DNA of 64,000 nt. Origin: Phyllosticta citribraziliensis (taxonomy: Eukaryota). Positions within the stretch are counted from its first letter, which is position 1. Each line of letters begins with the position of its first letter. The notes under the pieces are model-generated. The model was not told the origin of the DNA and ran no database searches. It worked only from the letters and a program-made list of their open reading frames with translations. This document shows, piece after piece, positions 61,945 to 64,000 of the stretch. The position numbers and the translations under genes are program-made. Location of the stretch: contig NW_027117339.1 of NCBI RefSeq assembly GCF_038025025.1, positions 1 to 64,000 on the forward strand. The letters run 5' to 3'.

Positions 61945-63811
61945 CTTTTTTTTTTTTTTTTTTTTTTCGCCCTGTAGCTAGCCCTGAGATGGGAAGCGTC
62001 CGGGACGCCGGCAATCTGTGGATGGACGATGGATGGAATGGCTGATGTGTCTTGGCCTGCCTGGGATGAAAGGCATTTGGATGGACGAGTGCAACCACCC
62101 ACTCTCTCTCCGGCGTTGGTTGGAACATGCGACTTTGCGGGGAAAGGCTGGTCTCATCGTCTGATGTCTCTCCCCGCAGTCTGGAGCGGTTTCAAAAGGT
62201 GGCTCTCACGTCACGGTGGTGTGACGGGCTCCATGGGCGTGGATGGGTGGGTGGATGGCCGCAACGCAACGCAACGCAACGAACGCAACCCAATCGGTCG
62301 ACGTGGACAGATATGGCAAAATTGCAAAACACCACCACCGCATGGCAAGGAATGCGCATGCCGACTCGCCAAGATCAGCCACGGCCTTCCCCAGATCATC
62401 TTCTCCACCAAAAAAAAAAAAAAAAAGTGTCGCGGCCGATCTTGCCAAGAAGGTGGAAATGGAAGTGGAAGGTCAAGGGCGATTACTATGGGTCGGGGTC
62501 GGGGTCGGGGTCGGCCGATGGACATGTAAAATCTCTGCAGCTTGAGGCGTCCGCCTCATTTTTGGGCATTTGCCATTTGCGTGCGTAGGTGATGATGCGG
62601 TGCGGTGGATTGCAGGTGAGGCGGAGGGCGACGAGGGCGAGGGCGAGGGCGCGGGCGCGACGAGGGCAGTGTCGTGCGAACGGTGGAGGGAGGGTGGAGG
62701 CCCGCAAAATGCCAAATCCGAGCAGCGCAACGAAGACCGCCGGGAGCTGAGTGGTCGGGCCAAATGCCGGCGAGAAAAGACGTGCGAAAGAGGGAGTGTA
62801 GGGGAAGGGAAGTGGACAAAAAAAAAAGAAAAAAGGAAAAAAGGATTTGGTTTCGGACATGCCTCGGCCAGGGCCCAATTCGGTCGTTGGGATCTGTTGA
62901 CCTCGAGCTGCTGCAACGGGGCTATGGTCGCTAGAGGTTGGTCGCTCCGCCGCACCATGGATGGTACGATGAATGGCTTTGGTGTGCTCTGCTTTGAGCG
63001 GGCCGGCCGGCGTCTTTTCCATCCATCCAGGCACCTGCACTGTCCGGCTTCCCCCGTGCCTCGCCCAACGGTGACATGGCCCTCCCATCCATGCCCCATG
63101 CCCCATGCCCCTTGCAGGCGACATGCCAAACAGGGACAATTTGACAGACTTGTTGGTGTTGAGGAGCGGCGGGCCCGGTCGTCGTCAGCTGCCCTGTCCC
63201 GGTCTCTCCCTGATGGCACAGGCAGGACCCGACAGCGGATGCGGACCTCGGCTTCGCCGAAAAGACAGTCAGAGGGTCTGGGAGTGGGAGGAGCCGTCAG
63301 AAGATTAAAGCGGGGGCCAGAGCACGAGCGAATGCGGCACCTGTGGAGATAACAGCAGCAGGTTGCGACAATAACAATAATGCGCCGGATCGAGAGGTGG
63401 TCGTCTCGCATCGCCTGTGCGACGGCGACTGGGGAAGCGTGAGAAAAATAGGAGAGGGTGCAGCGGCAGTCCGGCAGTGCAGAGGGGCAGGAGCTTGTGC
63501 GACGGACATGGAGGCTTTATCTCGCTGGCTGGCGTCAGGTCTTTTTCTGATTTCGATGTGGAAAGCGGAGCCCCCACGCCTGGCGCCGCCGTGGCTTTGG
63601 TCTCATCAGCCCACGCAGGGCCGGACATGTACGCAGGGACACGGCAGTCGATCAAAATTCTAGGGGCAAAGGGACAACGACGAGAGGTCGACTTCACCGA
63701 CATTTGACACGGGGAGGGAGGTCAGCGGTGATGCAGGAGGGAAGAGGACGAGGGAAAGGCTCAGCTGCCATGATGTGAGATGGGCGAGGAGAGGAGAGGA
63801 GAGGAGAGGAG
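61945..63811. repeat. Cluster of simple repeats: T run 61945-61967, (GCAAC)n ~62261-62289, A run 62410-62426, (GGGGTC)n ~62490-62513, (GAGGA)n ~63787-63811
   Basis: Homopolymers and microsatellites directly visible in non-coding sequence. Confidence 0.7.
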
Positions 63812-64000
63812 GGTGGTGGTCTTTGGGGGTTCGTATTTGGGGTCCCCGACCCCGGATGACAGAGGCCCCCCACATCCGGAATCGTCAGATGGTGGTGTTG
63901 ACCTGAGTGCCCGATGAGGCTGAACGGGAGGAAGGAAGGGGTGAGGCGGTGCAGCGGGCATTACGTTAGTTTCGGTACGGTACCCCTGCTTATCACGCCC

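Noticed and set aside
1..64000. tRNA, rRNA, telomerase RNA template or transposase/reverse transcriptase genes
   Set aside because: No cloverleaf or T-loop context, no internal TAACCCTAA template and no TE protein motifs found by eye. A tRNAscan/Rfam run would be needed to exclude them formally.

Overview
Left end of a filamentous ascomycete (Pezizomycotina) chromosome. A Dothideomycete is my tentative guess; the species cannot be determined from this window. The window opens with about 20 copies of the (CCCTAA)n telomere repeat, followed by a ~7 kb subtelomere with no recognisable gene or transposon. About 20 protein genes follow, many split by 42-140 nt introns that I reconstructed by hand: a DDX60-like Ski2 helicase, an APH-type kinase, a small putative papain-fold protein, a Tri101-type acyltransferase, GET3, DUG1, MRPL20, an A1 aspartic protease, an Air1/2-like zinc knuckle protein, NOP13, an S10 carboxypeptidase, an S53 tripeptidyl peptidase, a divergent CDK10-like kinase, wetA, SDH5, a membrane protein, a UBE2G1-type E2, ISWI and two unknown proteins. 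The last ~4 kb is non-coding and rich in simple repeats. The most notable signals are: (1) about 17 same-orientation copies of a degenerate bipartite ~44-bp motif, separated by unique spacers and seen only in the first 5 kb next to the telomere; (2) a wetA upstream region with 7 AbaA-type CATTCC sites plus an exact WetA response element; (3) a CDK10-like kinase with an in-frame TAG, a GC-AG intron and DFS in place of DFG, divergent from a second ORF interrupted by two TAGs. All calls come from reading the sequence; no database searches were run.
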